The position numbers and the translations under genes were made by a program. Positions 35,256 through 45,475 of a stretch of 64,000 nucleotides of DNA are shown here, one piece after another. The notes beneath the pieces are model-generated. The model worked only from the letters and a program-made list of their open reading frames with translations. It had not been told where the DNA came from and did not search any database. The number at the start of each line of letters is the position of its first letter. Within the stretch, counting starts at the first letter, position 1. This stretch comes from Candidatus Acidiferrum sp. (GTDB taxonomy: Bacteria > Acidobacteriota > Terriglobia > Acidiferrales > UBA7541): the NCBI GenBank assembly GCA_041485085.1, contig JBGPIX010000001.1:8564-72563 (forward strand), written 5' to 3'.

Positions 35256-37131
35256 GAAGGGCCTCTCGGGATCGCTCCAAATGTTGGCGGTGCCAGAGCT
35301 CGAGTGCGAGCAAATACCAGACGATCTCGCCGTAGTAGCTGGGAATTTGCTTGTGCAAATCCATCAATCGCTCGAAGAAACCCGTCCGGAAATAACCGCG
35401 GTGGCGAGTGCGTGAGTCGCGCATCAGATCTTGCATAAGCTCGTGCATACGAGGGTCCTGAAGGAGCCATTGCGCCAGGGGAACTCCGAAACCATGCTTC
35501 TTCTTGTAGAGTACGTTCGGCGGCAAGATGCCCTTCATCGCCTGCTTGAAGATGTAGCGCTTCTGAAATCCTTTAAGTTTAAGGGAAGCTGGAATGCGCC
35601 CCGAGAGTTCCGCGAGTCTGTCATCGAGCAACGGATAGCGAACTCTAACGCCAGCGAGTTCCGCGGTACCGGAAACTTTGCGGAGATCGTTATCGGCCAG
35701 AGTCATCTTGACGTCAAGATAGAGCATGCGGTTCAGCTCGCTGCTGGCTCTGGCCCGCGAAAAATGTCCCTCCGCGACGTCCAGCCAATCCGTCCGGCCA
35801 ACCAGCCGGAGGAATTCGTCTTCGAATATTTCTTCCGGTGGCATGCTGAGGAAAAATCCGTAAGACAGATATCGGCGAGGATTGGGCATATTTGCCCGGC
35901 GAACATAGCGGCGGGGAAGACTCAGTTTGCTGTCGTTGTCGGGTAGCAGGTTCACCCAAGGTTCAATGAGACCGCGACGCAGCCAGCGGGGGAGAAGATG
36001 ATAGATCGCAAAGCGCTTGTCGGCCGCGTAACGTTCATTGCCGCCGAAAAGTTCATCGCCCCCGTCTCCCGCCAGCAAGGTGTGGACACCCTGTTCTTTG
36101 GCAAGAACAGCACAATAGTAAGAGCCGATCGCCGAGGAATTGGCGAAAGGCTCGTCGTAGTACGTCAGTATCTTGTCCAGCGCATTCGTCGCGTCGGCGG
36201 GGGTGAGGAACTTTTCGTGGTGCCGCGTCTGAAAGAGGTTAGCAGTTGTACGAGCGAATTCAATCTCGCTGAACCGTGTTTCTTCAAAGGCTATTGAAAA
36301 GGACTGAGTGGGACGATGCTTTTCGCTTGCGAATGCAACCACGGAGCTGCTATCCGTGCCGCCGCTCAGGTAACAGCCCGTCGAAGGCTGCTCGCATCCA
36401 TCCAAGTGACGATGAACCGCGGCTCGCATCCCTTCACAAAGTTCACGCGACCAATGCGAAACGCTGTGATTCGTACTTTCAGGATACTCGATATCCCAAT
36501 ATTGCTTCTCGACAAGCCTTCCTCCTTCGAACATCAAAAAAGTTCCTGGACGAAGCTTCTCCATCCCAAGGTCACTCGTCATGGGGGCAGGGACAGAGGA
36601 ATAGAGAACGAATTGAAGAATCGCCTTCGGGTTTACTTCCGGAGGCGTATTTTGAACCATACGAATGGCGCCGGCGCGTGAGGCAAAAAGCAGCCGCTCC
36701 CCTTCACGTCGCCAGTAAAGGCTCTTAGCGCCGATGCGGTCAATCGCGAGGCAAAGTCGCTGCTCCTTTTCGTCCCAAAGGGAGAAGGAGAAGCTACCGC
36801 GCAATTGTTTGAATAGATCCATTCCTTGGCGAAGGTAAAGCCGGCCAATCAGTTCAGCGACTGACATGGACCTCGCCTCCTGAACTGGAATGGACAAGGT
36901 CTCGGCGGGCAAGTCGAAATCAACCAAATCCGCATCCGCCGCAACAGAGACACCGTTGACGACGGCCACTTGCTGGAAGCTCCAACGTCGCGCGACACCA
37001 AAGATAATCGAAGAACTGGAATGTACTTCACTATCGGATTCGCCGGGCAAGGCCAATGCGTCGAGCATGGATGCCAGAAGTCTGGCATCCAGTTCCCTTC
37101 CCGGCTCGCAAATTCCGCAGATTCCGCTCAT
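35245..37131 (-). CDS. Asparagine-synthetase-like protein lacking the glutaminase Cys (MSGICG)
   Basis: LSGGTDSS, DEPF, GDGGDELFGG are intact; N-terminal Cys is replaced by Ser and the Ntn domain is degenerate. Confidence 0.88.
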   Translation of the reverse strand: MSGICGICEPGRELDARLLASMLDALALPGESDSEVHSSSSIIFGVARRWSFQQVAVVNGVSVAADADLVDFDLPAETLSIPVQEARSMSVAELIGRLYLRQGMDLFKQLRGSFSFSLWDEKEQRLCLAIDRIGAKSLYWRREGERLLFASRAGAIRMVQNTPPEVNPKAILQFVLYSSVPAPMTSDLGMEKLRPGTFLMFEGGRLVEKQYWDIEYPESTNHSVSHWSRELCEGMRAAVHRHLDGCEQPSTGCYLSGGTDSSSVVAFASEKHRPTQSFSIAFEETRFSEIEFARTTANLFQTRHHEKFLTPADATNALDKILTYYDEPFANSSAIGSYYCAVLAKEQGVHTLLAGDGGDELFGGNERYAADKRFAIYHLLPRWLRRGLIEPWVNLLPDNDSKLSLPRRYVRRANMPNPRRYLSYGFFLSMPPEEIFEDEFLRLVGRTDWLDVAEGHFSRARASSELNRMLYLDVKMTLADNDLRKVSGTAELAGVRVRYPLLDDRLAELSGRIPASLKLKGFQKRYIFKQAMKGILPPNVLYKKKHGFGVPLAQWLLQDPRMHELMQDLMRDSRTRHRGYFRTGFFERLMDLHKQIPSYYGEIVWYLLALELWHRQHLERSREALHAT

Positions 37132-37140
37132 GTCAATCCT

Positions 37141-39015
37141 TCATGCATGGAACAACTGGCGCCACTTACGAAACATGAGCGTCGCCCAGAGCAAAGCCGA
37201 TCGATCGTAATATCCCTTTTGATGCTGGTCCCAGATGGTTTTCAGAAAGCGCTTGTCCAGGATGCCGTCGTCCGTCTCGAGAATGAACTGATGGGCCAAA
37301 TCCTTCAATTCACGCCTGAACCAAACGTCCAGGGGGACGGCAAATCCCTGCTTCGGCCTGTAGAGAATATTTCTGGGAAGAATGGGCTCCAGCGCCTTCT
37401 TCAAAATATACTTGCCCTCGCCGTTTTTGAGCTTGAGGCTGCTGGGTATGGATGCAACGCATTCCATAAAGCGATAGTCCAGCATGGGCGCGCGCACTTC
37501 CAGCGAAACCGCCATGCTGGCACGATCAACTTTGGTTAAGATGTCGTCCGTAAGATAGGTCTTGATATCAACATATTGAATCTTGGACAGGAGATCGTCG
37601 GTGTCAACGCGATCATAATAGCCGCGGAGAACTTCGATGGAATCGTAGTCTCCAAGGCGGCGGCGAAAATCCGGCGTGAGCAACCTTTTCTTGTCATCGG
37701 GGCGAAAGTAGGAGACAGAATTGAAGTAGCCGTCGAGCGGCGAACGCGAGAGGCTTTGAAAAGTCGCTTTGGCGCGGAAAACGCGCGGCGCCCAGGCCAG
37801 AGGCGGATACCAACGGCCGAGCGGACGAAAGACAGCGCTTCGTAACGACGCCGGAAAATAATTCCGGAAACGATTCTCGTAATAATCAAGCTTATACCGC
37901 CGATATCCGGCAAAGCTCTCATCACCTCCGTCACCGCCTAGAGCGACGGTCACCTGGCCGCGTGCTATCTTCGAAACATAGTACGTGGGTATCGCCGAAG
38001 AGTCTGCAAATGGCTCATCAAAGTGCCAGGTGAGTTTGTCCAGGACCTCGATGGCATTCGGGCGTATCGTCTGTTCATGATGATCCGTCGAGAAAAGTTT
38101 CGAAACCTGGCGCGCGTATTCGGCTTCGTCGTATTTTTCCTCTTCGAACCCGATGCTACAAGTTGTGACACTGCGCTTCATGAGGTGGCTCATCATTGCA
38201 ACAACGGAAGAAGAATCAATCCCTCCACTCAGAAAGGCGCCGAGCGGGACGTCACTCATCAGCCGCGCGCGCGTTGCATCGCACAACTCGTGGCGCAAGC
38301 GTTCGCCCCATTCGGATTCGCTGCGCTGCTCCACTTTGCTAAAGGAGAGATCCCAATAGCGGGTTTCTCGAACCCCCGCCGCCGTCGCGACGAGGTAATG
38401 GCCCGGCATGACCTTGCGGACGCTGCGATAGATCGTCTTGGGCGCGGGAATATAACCGAAGGAAAAGTAATCCGAGAGCGCCTGCTCGTCGATGTCGCGG
38501 GAGAGCATGCCTCCCGGCAGGAGCGCTTTCAACTCCGAGCCAAAAAGGAGCCGTTGGTGATCAGCCGCATAGAACAAGGGCTTTTTGCCGACGTGGTCCC
38601 GGGCAAGGACGAGCTTACGGTTGCGTGAATCCCAGAGGGCGATGGAAAACATGCCGCGAAGTCTTGCGAAGCAGCCTTCAGCGTAATCCTCGTAAAGGTG
38701 GACAATCGCTTCGGTGTCAGACTTCGTGGCGAACTTGTGACCTCGGCCGAGAAGCTCGGTTCGGAGTTCGGGATAGTTATAGATTTCACCGTTGAGCAAC
38801 ACCCAGACGGTGCCATCCTCGTTCGACATGGGCTGGTGGCCGCCGGCGAGATCCACAATGCTCAGACGCCTGTGGCCAAGCCCGATCCCCGAACCGACGA
38901 ATACACCGCCGTCATCCGGACCCCGATGAATCATCGTTTGATTCATCTGGTGCACGAGCTCAGCCGGAATGCTGGTCTGACGCTCGTATTCGAAGATCCC
39001 GCAAATGCCACACAT
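37141..39015 (-). CDS. asnB: Asparagine synthase (glutamine-hydrolysing) family amidotransferase (TIGR03108-like)
   Basis: MCGICG, HRGPD, RRLSI, NGEIYN, SDTE, LSGGIDSS, GDGGDE. Confidence 0.92.
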   Translation of the reverse strand: MCGICGIFEYERQTSIPAELVHQMNQTMIHRGPDDGGVFVGSGIGLGHRRLSIVDLAGGHQPMSNEDGTVWVLLNGEIYNYPELRTELLGRGHKFATKSDTEAIVHLYEDYAEGCFARLRGMFSIALWDSRNRKLVLARDHVGKKPLFYAADHQRLLFGSELKALLPGGMLSRDIDEQALSDYFSFGYIPAPKTIYRSVRKVMPGHYLVATAAGVRETRYWDLSFSKVEQRSESEWGERLRHELCDATRARLMSDVPLGAFLSGGIDSSSVVAMMSHLMKRSVTTCSIGFEEEKYDEAEYARQVSKLFSTDHHEQTIRPNAIEVLDKLTWHFDEPFADSSAIPTYYVSKIARGQVTVALGGDGGDESFAGYRRYKLDYYENRFRNYFPASLRSAVFRPLGRWYPPLAWAPRVFRAKATFQSLSRSPLDGYFNSVSYFRPDDKKRLLTPDFRRRLGDYDSIEVLRGYYDRVDTDDLLSKIQYVDIKTYLTDDILTKVDRASMAVSLEVRAPMLDYRFMECVASIPSSLKLKNGEGKYILKKALEPILPRNILYRPKQGFAVPLDVWFRRELKDLAHQFILETDDGILDKRFLKTIWDQHQKGYYDRSALLWATLMFRKWRQLFHA

Positions 39016-39026
39016 AGGAAGTTCGC

Positions 39027-40247
39027 CTAGTTCCCTTGTGGCAGCGCGTGGCGCGCCGCCAGCTCAAAATACAAATCACGATAACGCCGAATCATCTCGG
39101 CGAGACTGAACCGCTCAACTGCGCGACGCCGTGCTGCTTCGCCGAAACTTCGGCGCAGGTCGGCGTTTTCCACTAATCGCGCAAGATGCTGTGCGAGAGT
39201 TGGAACGTCGCGGGAAGGAAACAGCAAACCAACACTTTCGTGTTCAACCAGCTCCGGGTTACCGCCCGCGCGAGTTGCCACAACCGGAAGGCCAGAAGCC
39301 ATGGCCTCCAAAAGGGTGTTCGACATTCCTTCGCAAATCGAGGGCAGCACGAATACATCCATGGCGTTCATGGCTTGCGGAACGCAGTCGGAAGCTCCGA
39401 AAAAACTTACCCGCCCTGCAAGGTGCGGCGAATTTGCAACATACTCTTGTAGCTTCGCACGTTCCGGACCATCGCCCACCAAGAGAATATGGATCTCTTT
39501 ACCCCGCTGCAACAGTAGTTCCGCCGCGCGAATCAACGTAATGTGATCCTTGATCGGCACCAATCGGCCGACACTACCGATGACAGTGCGGCCGGGAGGC
39601 AGGTTCATCTCGCGCCGAATTCTCGGAGTCTCCTCGCGAAGAGGTGAAAACCGATCCGTACTGACTCCGTTATAGATCACACGAATTTTTGCCGCCGGAA
39701 GCCACGATTGGGTCGAGTGATAGGTCCGTAATTCCTCGGTAACGGCAAAAACTGCGTCGGCCATCGGGAAGAGCGTCCGGCAGAGAATACGCCGCCGGAG
39801 TGGCAACCCTTGGAGGATCTCCAGTTCATAGCCGTGTTCACTATGGATGGCCACTGGTACGCCCGCCAATCTCGCGGCCGGAATCGCTTCCAGAGCACCG
39901 AAGTTACGTGTATGTACAATGTGGGGCCGGAACTCGTTCATAATGCGCTTGAGGCGGAACAGCGGAAATTGGAACCCTAGTTCGGCGGTTCCTGCAGTGT
40001 ATGTCCTGGCAGCGACTTTCATGCGGCTGGCGAAACCTGAATCCACACCGCGCACCGCACAGATGCGGTGTTCAAACTGCTCGTCCCCGAGTCCGCCTAT
40101 CATTTTCAGCACGCCATGCTCGGTGCCCCCCAATCCCAGCCGAGCAACAACGTGCAGAACGCGAAGCCGTTCGAAGCGCACGTTGGCACCTCGAGGAATT
40201 GGTGAGGAGGCGAGAGTCGAATTTTCGGTTACAATCTGAGTTGACAT
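39027..40247 (-). CDS. GT4 sugar transferase (TIGR03088-like)
   Basis: GGTE, IVHTRN, HSEHG, EGMSNTLLEAMASG, GGNPE. Confidence 0.9.
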   Translation of the reverse strand: MSTQIVTENSTLASSPIPRGANVRFERLRVLHVVARLGLGGTEHGVLKMIGGLGDEQFEHRICAVRGVDSGFASRMKVAARTYTAGTAELGFQFPLFRLKRIMNEFRPHIVHTRNFGALEAIPAARLAGVPVAIHSEHGYELEILQGLPLRRRILCRTLFPMADAVFAVTEELRTYHSTQSWLPAAKIRVIYNGVSTDRFSPLREETPRIRREMNLPPGRTVIGSVGRLVPIKDHITLIRAAELLLQRGKEIHILLVGDGPERAKLQEYVANSPHLAGRVSFFGASDCVPQAMNAMDVFVLPSICEGMSNTLLEAMASGLPVVATRAGGNPELVEHESVGLLFPSRDVPTLAQHLARLVENADLRRSFGEAARRRAVERFSLAEMIRRYRDLYFELAARHALPQGN

Positions 40248-40308
40248 GTGCGTTCTTGGAAGCTCTCCGACGCCGAATCAACCAACTTTCTGGTTTAGAG
40301 AAATTCTC

Positions 40309-41403
40309 CTAGGGGTACCATCGCACCAGACGCGGCCCGATCATGCGGGTCAACCCGATTGGCAGTTTCTTCCAAACACTTGTTGCGAACTCAAACTTCG
40401 GGTTAGCAGGGGAAAAATTGGGCACTTCCGTTCGCCGAAACAACTTCACTTCGTAATCAAGGGACTCTATGCGAGGATTCCATTTTTTCTTGAAAGCGTA
40501 GTTTCCGGAATCTTTTTTACTGCGTCCGAAGTCAAACGTGGTGTGCCCAGTTCTCGCAGCGAGTTTAATCAATTCCCACCAAAGAAAATTGTTGGCGGCA
40601 AGAGCCTTTGCCTCTTCCTGCGAGCCGATGTAATACGGTTGCATCCACTCACGAAACAAAAAGGACATACCTCCGGCTACCGGGTTGCCGCCCGAATACA
40701 CAAGCGAAAGATCAATCTGCCCGGGATATTCGCGGATCAGATTCTTAAATAGCGCGCGTGGAAACATGGGGGTGCCCAACCTGCGCAGATTGACGGTCAT
40801 GAGACGGTAGAAATTATCCAATTGATCGAACCCGCGTTGCACACGCAAACCGGCTTTTTCGGCCTTCCGGATCATGTAACGAATGTCCTTTGGGAACGCT
40901 CCGTAGATCGCTTCAGTATCGGCCGTGATCGGCATCGTGAACGTCGCGTATCGTTCATTCGGATGATATCCAGTGCGGATGCGCCCCCGGCGGTTTCTCA
41001 GCTCGAGATAGTCCACATCGAGTTTGGATGCCAGCTGCTCAAGCTGGATTACCAACGCATGCTCGCTCTCCAGATCTTCCGCACAGACGCCACCGTAGAC
41101 AGCAAATGGAAGCGAGATTAAACGACGACCGCTGATCCAGCTGGAAACAAGAAATGTCGGCGCAATCCCGGTAATCCGTTCGCCCCGCCGGGCGCAAAAA
41201 TAATACGGCTGGTACCCGTAGGTCTTTTCCATCACGCGTCTCCACCCTAATTGATGGAAGAAGGTCCCTTGCGGGTGAAAAAGAACAAAGCGATCCCACT
41301 CCTCCGAGTCACGTTCCGCTAAGGGGAGCACGCGGACTGGAAGTGTACTTGTGACAACGGAAGGAAGTGTCTGCATCCCGCCTTGGGTCTTAAGCGTCGC
41401 CAT
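40309..41403 (-). CDS. FemAB-related GNAT-fold protein (TIGR03019-like)
   Basis: SLPFAVYGG, YLELR, LGTP, FDFGRSK, FKKKW, NPK. Confidence 0.9.
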   Translation of the reverse strand: MATLKTQGGMQTLPSVVTSTLPVRVLPLAERDSEEWDRFVLFHPQGTFFHQLGWRRVMEKTYGYQPYYFCARRGERITGIAPTFLVSSWISGRRLISLPFAVYGGVCAEDLESEHALVIQLEQLASKLDVDYLELRNRRGRIRTGYHPNERYATFTMPITADTEAIYGAFPKDIRYMIRKAEKAGLRVQRGFDQLDNFYRLMTVNLRRLGTPMFPRALFKNLIREYPGQIDLSLVYSGGNPVAGGMSFLFREWMQPYYIGSQEEAKALAANNFLWWELIKLAARTGHTTFDFGRSKKDSGNYAFKKKWNPRIESLDYEVKLFRRTEVPNFSPANPKFEFATSVWKKLPIGLTRMIGPRLVRWYP

Positions 41404-41659
41404 TCTCGTCCGCCTTGTGGTCCGCGGCGAGCCGCACAGGGTTCAGAACCGAGCGAGGCGGAGCGGCTTCAAACTGCTCGAATAACCAGGGCTCGTCGGC
41501 CTCAAGATAGCTCGCCAATAGCTTTCTCTGCGCGGCAGTCGGAGCGCGATAGCCGTTAATGATTTTGCTGAGGACGCTCTCGTCGATGCCCACGGCTTTA
41601 GCTAGCTTGTTTTGATGACTGCCGCACCGAAAAATTTGTAACTTCAGGTTCGGATACAT
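41390..41659 (-). CDS. Small XRE-family helix-turn-helix protein
   Basis: QNKLAKAVGIDESVLSKIING..P. Confidence 0.8.
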   Translation of the reverse strand: MYPNLKLQIFRCGSHQNKLAKAVGIDESVLSKIINGYRAPTAAQRKLLASYLEADEPWLFEQFEAAPPRSVLNPVRLAADHKADENGDA

Positions 41660-41720
41660 ATCTCTCTAGACTTATCCATGTTAGTTCGGCACACCTATGC
41701 CGGTTCAACTCAAAAGCGTC

Positions 41721-42578
41721 CTAACTCCGCAGCCCAGCTTTGTACGTACGGTAGGGATAACGGTTATGCAAGCCATTCTCCACCGCGTTGTACACCAAAC
41801 CGAGAAATTTTTTGGGGTTGAGCTGGGCAGCGGATTTATGCAGCAATTCCCGTTTTGTGTGGTGCGCTCTGACGACCATCAACACGCCATCACAGGCTGC
41901 TGCAATCAAATCAACATCAGCAAGCTCAAGCACGGGCGGAGAATCCACAAGGATCAGTTCAAAAAAACCCTTGCACCATCCCATGAATTCCTTCCAGCGG
42001 CTGCCAGCGAACAGTTCCGCCGGCGGCAGGGTCGTCGAACCCGCGCTAAGCAGATAGAAGTTCGGATTATCAGTTGCGACCATGGCCTGTTCGATTTCAC
42101 ATTGACCCGAGAGCACCTCTCCGAGCCCGGGACATGGAGGTAAGCTGAGTGCCCGGCTCAAACCACACGTGCGGATGTCCGCGTCCAGGAGTAGCACGCG
42201 CATACCATGAAGTTGAGCACAACTTTGCGCTAGATTAATCGAGGTGTGAGTTTTACCTTCCCCCTGGACCGAGCTGGTGACGACGATGCATCGCACGTCT
42301 CGCTCTGCCCGCAGGCGCATAAGCCGCGTTCGGAGAGCACGGTAGGATTCCTGAGCAGACTCAAGTGAATCACTTCCCGCAAACTGTTCCTCCACCAGCT
42401 TGGCAATTGGAACAACGATTTCTCGGCAATCTTTCAGCCGGCTGTTCTCCAGCCCGGGGTCAATGCCCACTGGAACAGAGGAAGCCGCGGGCGGCTCCGC
42501 CTCTTGGGTCAGGTTAAATCCATCCAGAGGCAGGGTTTCATTGCGCGCCTTCAGAGTTTCATTAAAAAACTTGCTCAT
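41721..42578 (-). CDS. BY-kinase (CpsD/CapB, Wzc C-domain)
   Basis: ESYRALRT, GEGKT, DADIR, DSPP, Tyr-rich tail RYPYRTY. Confidence 0.92.
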   Translation of the reverse strand: MSKFFNETLKARNETLPLDGFNLTQEAEPPAASSVPVGIDPGLENSRLKDCREIVVPIAKLVEEQFAGSDSLESAQESYRALRTRLMRLRAERDVRCIVVTSSVQGEGKTHTSINLAQSCAQLHGMRVLLLDADIRTCGLSRALSLPPCPGLGEVLSGQCEIEQAMVATDNPNFYLLSAGSTTLPPAELFAGSRWKEFMGWCKGFFELILVDSPPVLELADVDLIAAACDGVLMVVRAHHTKRELLHKSAAQLNPKKFLGLVYNAVENGLHNRYPYRTYKAGLRS

Positions 42579-42579
42579 T

Positions 42580-43533
42580 CTAGCTTACTCCCGGCGCCGC
42601 TGTGCGCTTGTTCTTCATGGCTTCGATCAGCACATCCACAATAGACTTCGGTGCCTCCGTTTTTGCCGGGGGTATAGGCATGACGGAAATCGCCTTCCTT
42701 TCCACAATCTGGACTTGCTTGACAAGCCCGAGCGAGACGGCGGCCTCCTCCACCACGTCCAACTGAATCGTGGTCCGCAGTGTCCGGAACCCGAGTGAGA
42801 GGCATCCTTCGCAGATCAAATTGATCAACCGAGGAACGCCACCCGAAAAATGATGAATGGCTTCGAGCGTGCTACCAGAAAATGGATTCGCGCCCTGCAA
42901 TCCGGCGGTTTGCAACCGCTCGCCTATGTAATCGCGCGTCTCGGGTTGGCTAAGAGGCCGGAGGTGAGCACGAGCCGCGATCCGCTGTTGAAGAGCGCTC
43001 AATTCGGGCCGATCCATGATCTCCAGAAGCTCTGGCTGGCCACTCACAACAATTTGCAAGAGCTTTTCCTGATGCGTATCGGCATTGCCAAGCAGACGGA
43101 TCTCTTCGAGTAATTCCGGAGTGAGCAGGTGCGCTTCATCGATAAACAGCACCGAGGTGCCTCCCCGACGCTGTGTTTCAAGCAACATGTGATGAAGAGC
43201 CATCAACCGCTTGGGCTTGCTGGTTGCCGTGCACGTCACCTCAAATTCGTCGAGCATCATTTCCAGAAATTCTTCGCGATTCAACGTGGGGTTAAATAGA
43301 AGTGCGCTCCTAACCGGCATTTTCTTATCTGTAAAGATCTGCAGCGCAGTATGAACCAGGGTAGTTTTTCCAGTCCCTATCGGGCCGGTGATCATCACAA
43401 GGCCCTTGCGGTAGAAAATGCTCTCCAAAAGGACTCTCAACGCATTCTTGTGCGGCTCTGAAAAGTGAAAAAAACGAGAGTCTGGTGTAAGACGGAATGG
43501 CTCATCTCTGAGCCCATAAAAAGAGCGATACAT
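42580..43533 (-). CDS. ExeA-like AAA ATPase (TIGR03015-like)
   Basis: MY..FYGL...PF..TPD, GPIGTGKT, IDEAH, GQPEL, GVPRLIN. Confidence 0.9.
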   Translation of the reverse strand: MYRSFYGLRDEPFRLTPDSRFFHFSEPHKNALRVLLESIFYRKGLVMITGPIGTGKTTLVHTALQIFTDKKMPVRSALLFNPTLNREEFLEMMLDEFEVTCTATSKPKRLMALHHMLLETQRRGGTSVLFIDEAHLLTPELLEEIRLLGNADTHQEKLLQIVVSGQPELLEIMDRPELSALQQRIAARAHLRPLSQPETRDYIGERLQTAGLQGANPFSGSTLEAIHHFSGGVPRLINLICEGCLSLGFRTLRTTIQLDVVEEAAVSLGLVKQVQIVERKAISVMPIPPAKTEAPKSIVDVLIEAMKNKRTAAPGVS

Positions 43534-45138
43534 TTAGAAAAGCCTTTTTGAGACAAATGAGAACAGAAGACCGATGGCGGCCGACCCAGCCAGCGTACCT
43601 GCAACCAAGCCTGCGGCGCGCCAGCGCGTCTTAAGCCGTTCTTGCTTTGACACGATTCTTGGGATTCCACCCAGGATGGGTTTCCCACAGATTCGGGCTG
43701 CTTCGGCTTCGCTGCGTACAGACTCTTCCTTGATCTCTGCCGCAGTCGCCAGAGCGATACCAAAAACCAAGCCCCCGGCCAATCCTGCTAAAGTGATCAG
43801 GATGCGATTTGGGGCGGCGGGCCGCAGCGGCGTTTGCGCGGCGTCAAGAACGACAAACCGTTCGGCTTTCTGGCGGATCTCCAAAGCATAAGACATCTCG
43901 GCGCCCTGTTTCTTTTCGAGCAGTCCGGTGTATTGCACCTTCAAGAACTCGTAATCCTGCTGCAGACGTGCAATCTGTTGTTCAAACACCGGCACCTGTG
44001 CAAGCTTTGAAGTATGAAATTCCATCCGCTCCTGCAGCGGCTGAAGCAACTTGGTTTGCTCCCGAATGTCTTGGTCAAGCTTATCGATCTGCGCCTGTAA
44101 TACAGGGTTACGAGGACTCGCCCGGTCAGTTTGGATCGCAGGTTTCGTGTCCACGGCCGGACCTGAAGCATTGTGAGGTGCGTCGGCAATACTCTTCCTA
44201 AGCCGATCGATTTCGTTTTGGGTCTTGCGCACGTCGGGATGAGCTGGTCCGTATCTAACGCGAAGCTCAGAGAGCTTGTTCTCGAGTTTTTGTATCCGAG
44301 CCTCCTCGGAGGACAATCCGGCCCCGCTCCCCTGGTCACCGTCTATGTCAACCGTGGGGGCGGGCCCCTCGGCAACGAGCATAGACTGTAGAATGGATTT
44401 ATCCCTTTGACACTGATTGATCTTGTCTTGAACTGCCTGCAGTTGGCCCCGAAGATTCGAGAGCGCCTCCATGTGATACGGCTTGGATTCTGGGAGATCC
44501 AGGATGTTACGGCTTTTGATGGCCCGAAGCTGCTCCTCTGTTTCGTCCAGCCGTCTCTTAGTATCCTTGAGCTGGTCATCCAAAAACTCAGCTGTGCCTT
44601 GGGTTTGATCCTCGCGTACCTTCAAGTTCTCTTCTATGAACATCTGCGCAAGGTGATTAGCAATCGGCGCCACTTCGTTGCGATTCCTGCTGCTATACGC
44701 AATCCGGAACGCAGCCATCTTGCCCGAGCCTGCATGGACGGTTTCGACGACAATCGATTTCTGGACGGAGCTTATGATCTCCTCCTCACTCCGTTTGGCA
44801 ATTGGGTCTGGATACAAACCTTCGGCCTCAACGAGTTTCTTTAGCCGAGTGGGTGACAAAACCTGCTGTTGCAGCGTCGTAAGGCGGCCTGCAATGTCGG
44901 AGGTAATAATCGTGGGCACGAATCTGTCGGGGACCTGTTGCGAGTCAACGAGTATGACTGTTTCAGCCTGGAAAATACTTGGCAATCGGTAGGCTACAAC
45001 TGCGCTGGCAACGAGCAAACCGAGAGGGCATAGAATGATCAACCATTTCCGAACGCGCCAGATCTCCAGCAGGTCGCTGAGAGTCAATTCGCCCAAAAGA
45101 CTGCTGTTTAGCGTTTGTTGTGTCAAGCCATTAACCAA
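43534..45138 (-). CDS. Polysaccharide co-polymerase / chain-length determinant (Wzc N-domain; TIGR03007-like)
   Basis: Two TM helices flanking coiled coils, RYGPAHPDV, P..PAAPNR, extra C-terminal TM helix; AAGGAGG RBS. Confidence 0.9.
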   Translation of the reverse strand: MVNGLTQQTLNSSLLGELTLSDLLEIWRVRKWLIILCPLGLLVASAVVAYRLPSIFQAETVILVDSQQVPDRFVPTIITSDIAGRLTTLQQQVLSPTRLKKLVEAEGLYPDPIAKRSEEEIISSVQKSIVVETVHAGSGKMAAFRIAYSSRNRNEVAPIANHLAQMFIEENLKVREDQTQGTAEFLDDQLKDTKRRLDETEEQLRAIKSRNILDLPESKPYHMEALSNLRGQLQAVQDKINQCQRDKSILQSMLVAEGPAPTVDIDGDQGSGAGLSSEEARIQKLENKLSELRVRYGPAHPDVRKTQNEIDRLRKSIADAPHNASGPAVDTKPAIQTDRASPRNPVLQAQIDKLDQDIREQTKLLQPLQERMEFHTSKLAQVPVFEQQIARLQQDYEFLKVQYTGLLEKKQGAEMSYALEIRQKAERFVVLDAAQTPLRPAAPNRILITLAGLAGGLVFGIALATAAEIKEESVRSEAEAARICGKPILGGIPRIVSKQERLKTRWRAAGLVAGTLAGSAAIGLLFSFVSKRLF

Positions 45139-45201
45139 GTCTTCCGGCCCTCCTTGTCAGGCCATTCTTCCGCATCAACAAAATGTTGCTATGCACTTTG
45201 G

Positions 45202-45217
45202 AGCACGTCTCTTGCCA
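45202..45217 (-). promoter_or_regulatory. sigma54 promoter candidate for the co-polymerase...GT operon
   Basis: TGGCAAGAGACGTGCT; dyad TAAGTATTTTATTTTCAATAGCTTA at 45252-45276. Confidence 0.65.
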
Positions 45218-45475
45218 GATTCCTAGAGATTAGACTCCTTAGTTTTACAATTAAGTATTTTATTTTCAATAGCTTAAAGACGGGAAGCGTTTCTCGCCCC
45301 TCTAAACTCTACCTGCTAGAAAGAAAACGGAAATCATTTCTATGTTTTCGCCCCTTAGTTCCTGAAGATCGCCCTGGACTCTTCATGCCCACTTCTTGAG
45401 GCGGCTCATTTAATATTCTCTCCAAAGTCTTATACTACCCGCTCCCGGCGGTCGACTCGTTTTTGTATTGCTGCC

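Noticed and set aside
35245-39015. Lasso-peptide cluster (AsnB-like cyclase)
   Set aside because: No B1/PqqD or B2 peptidase and no precursor are seen, and the context is purely polysaccharide genes.
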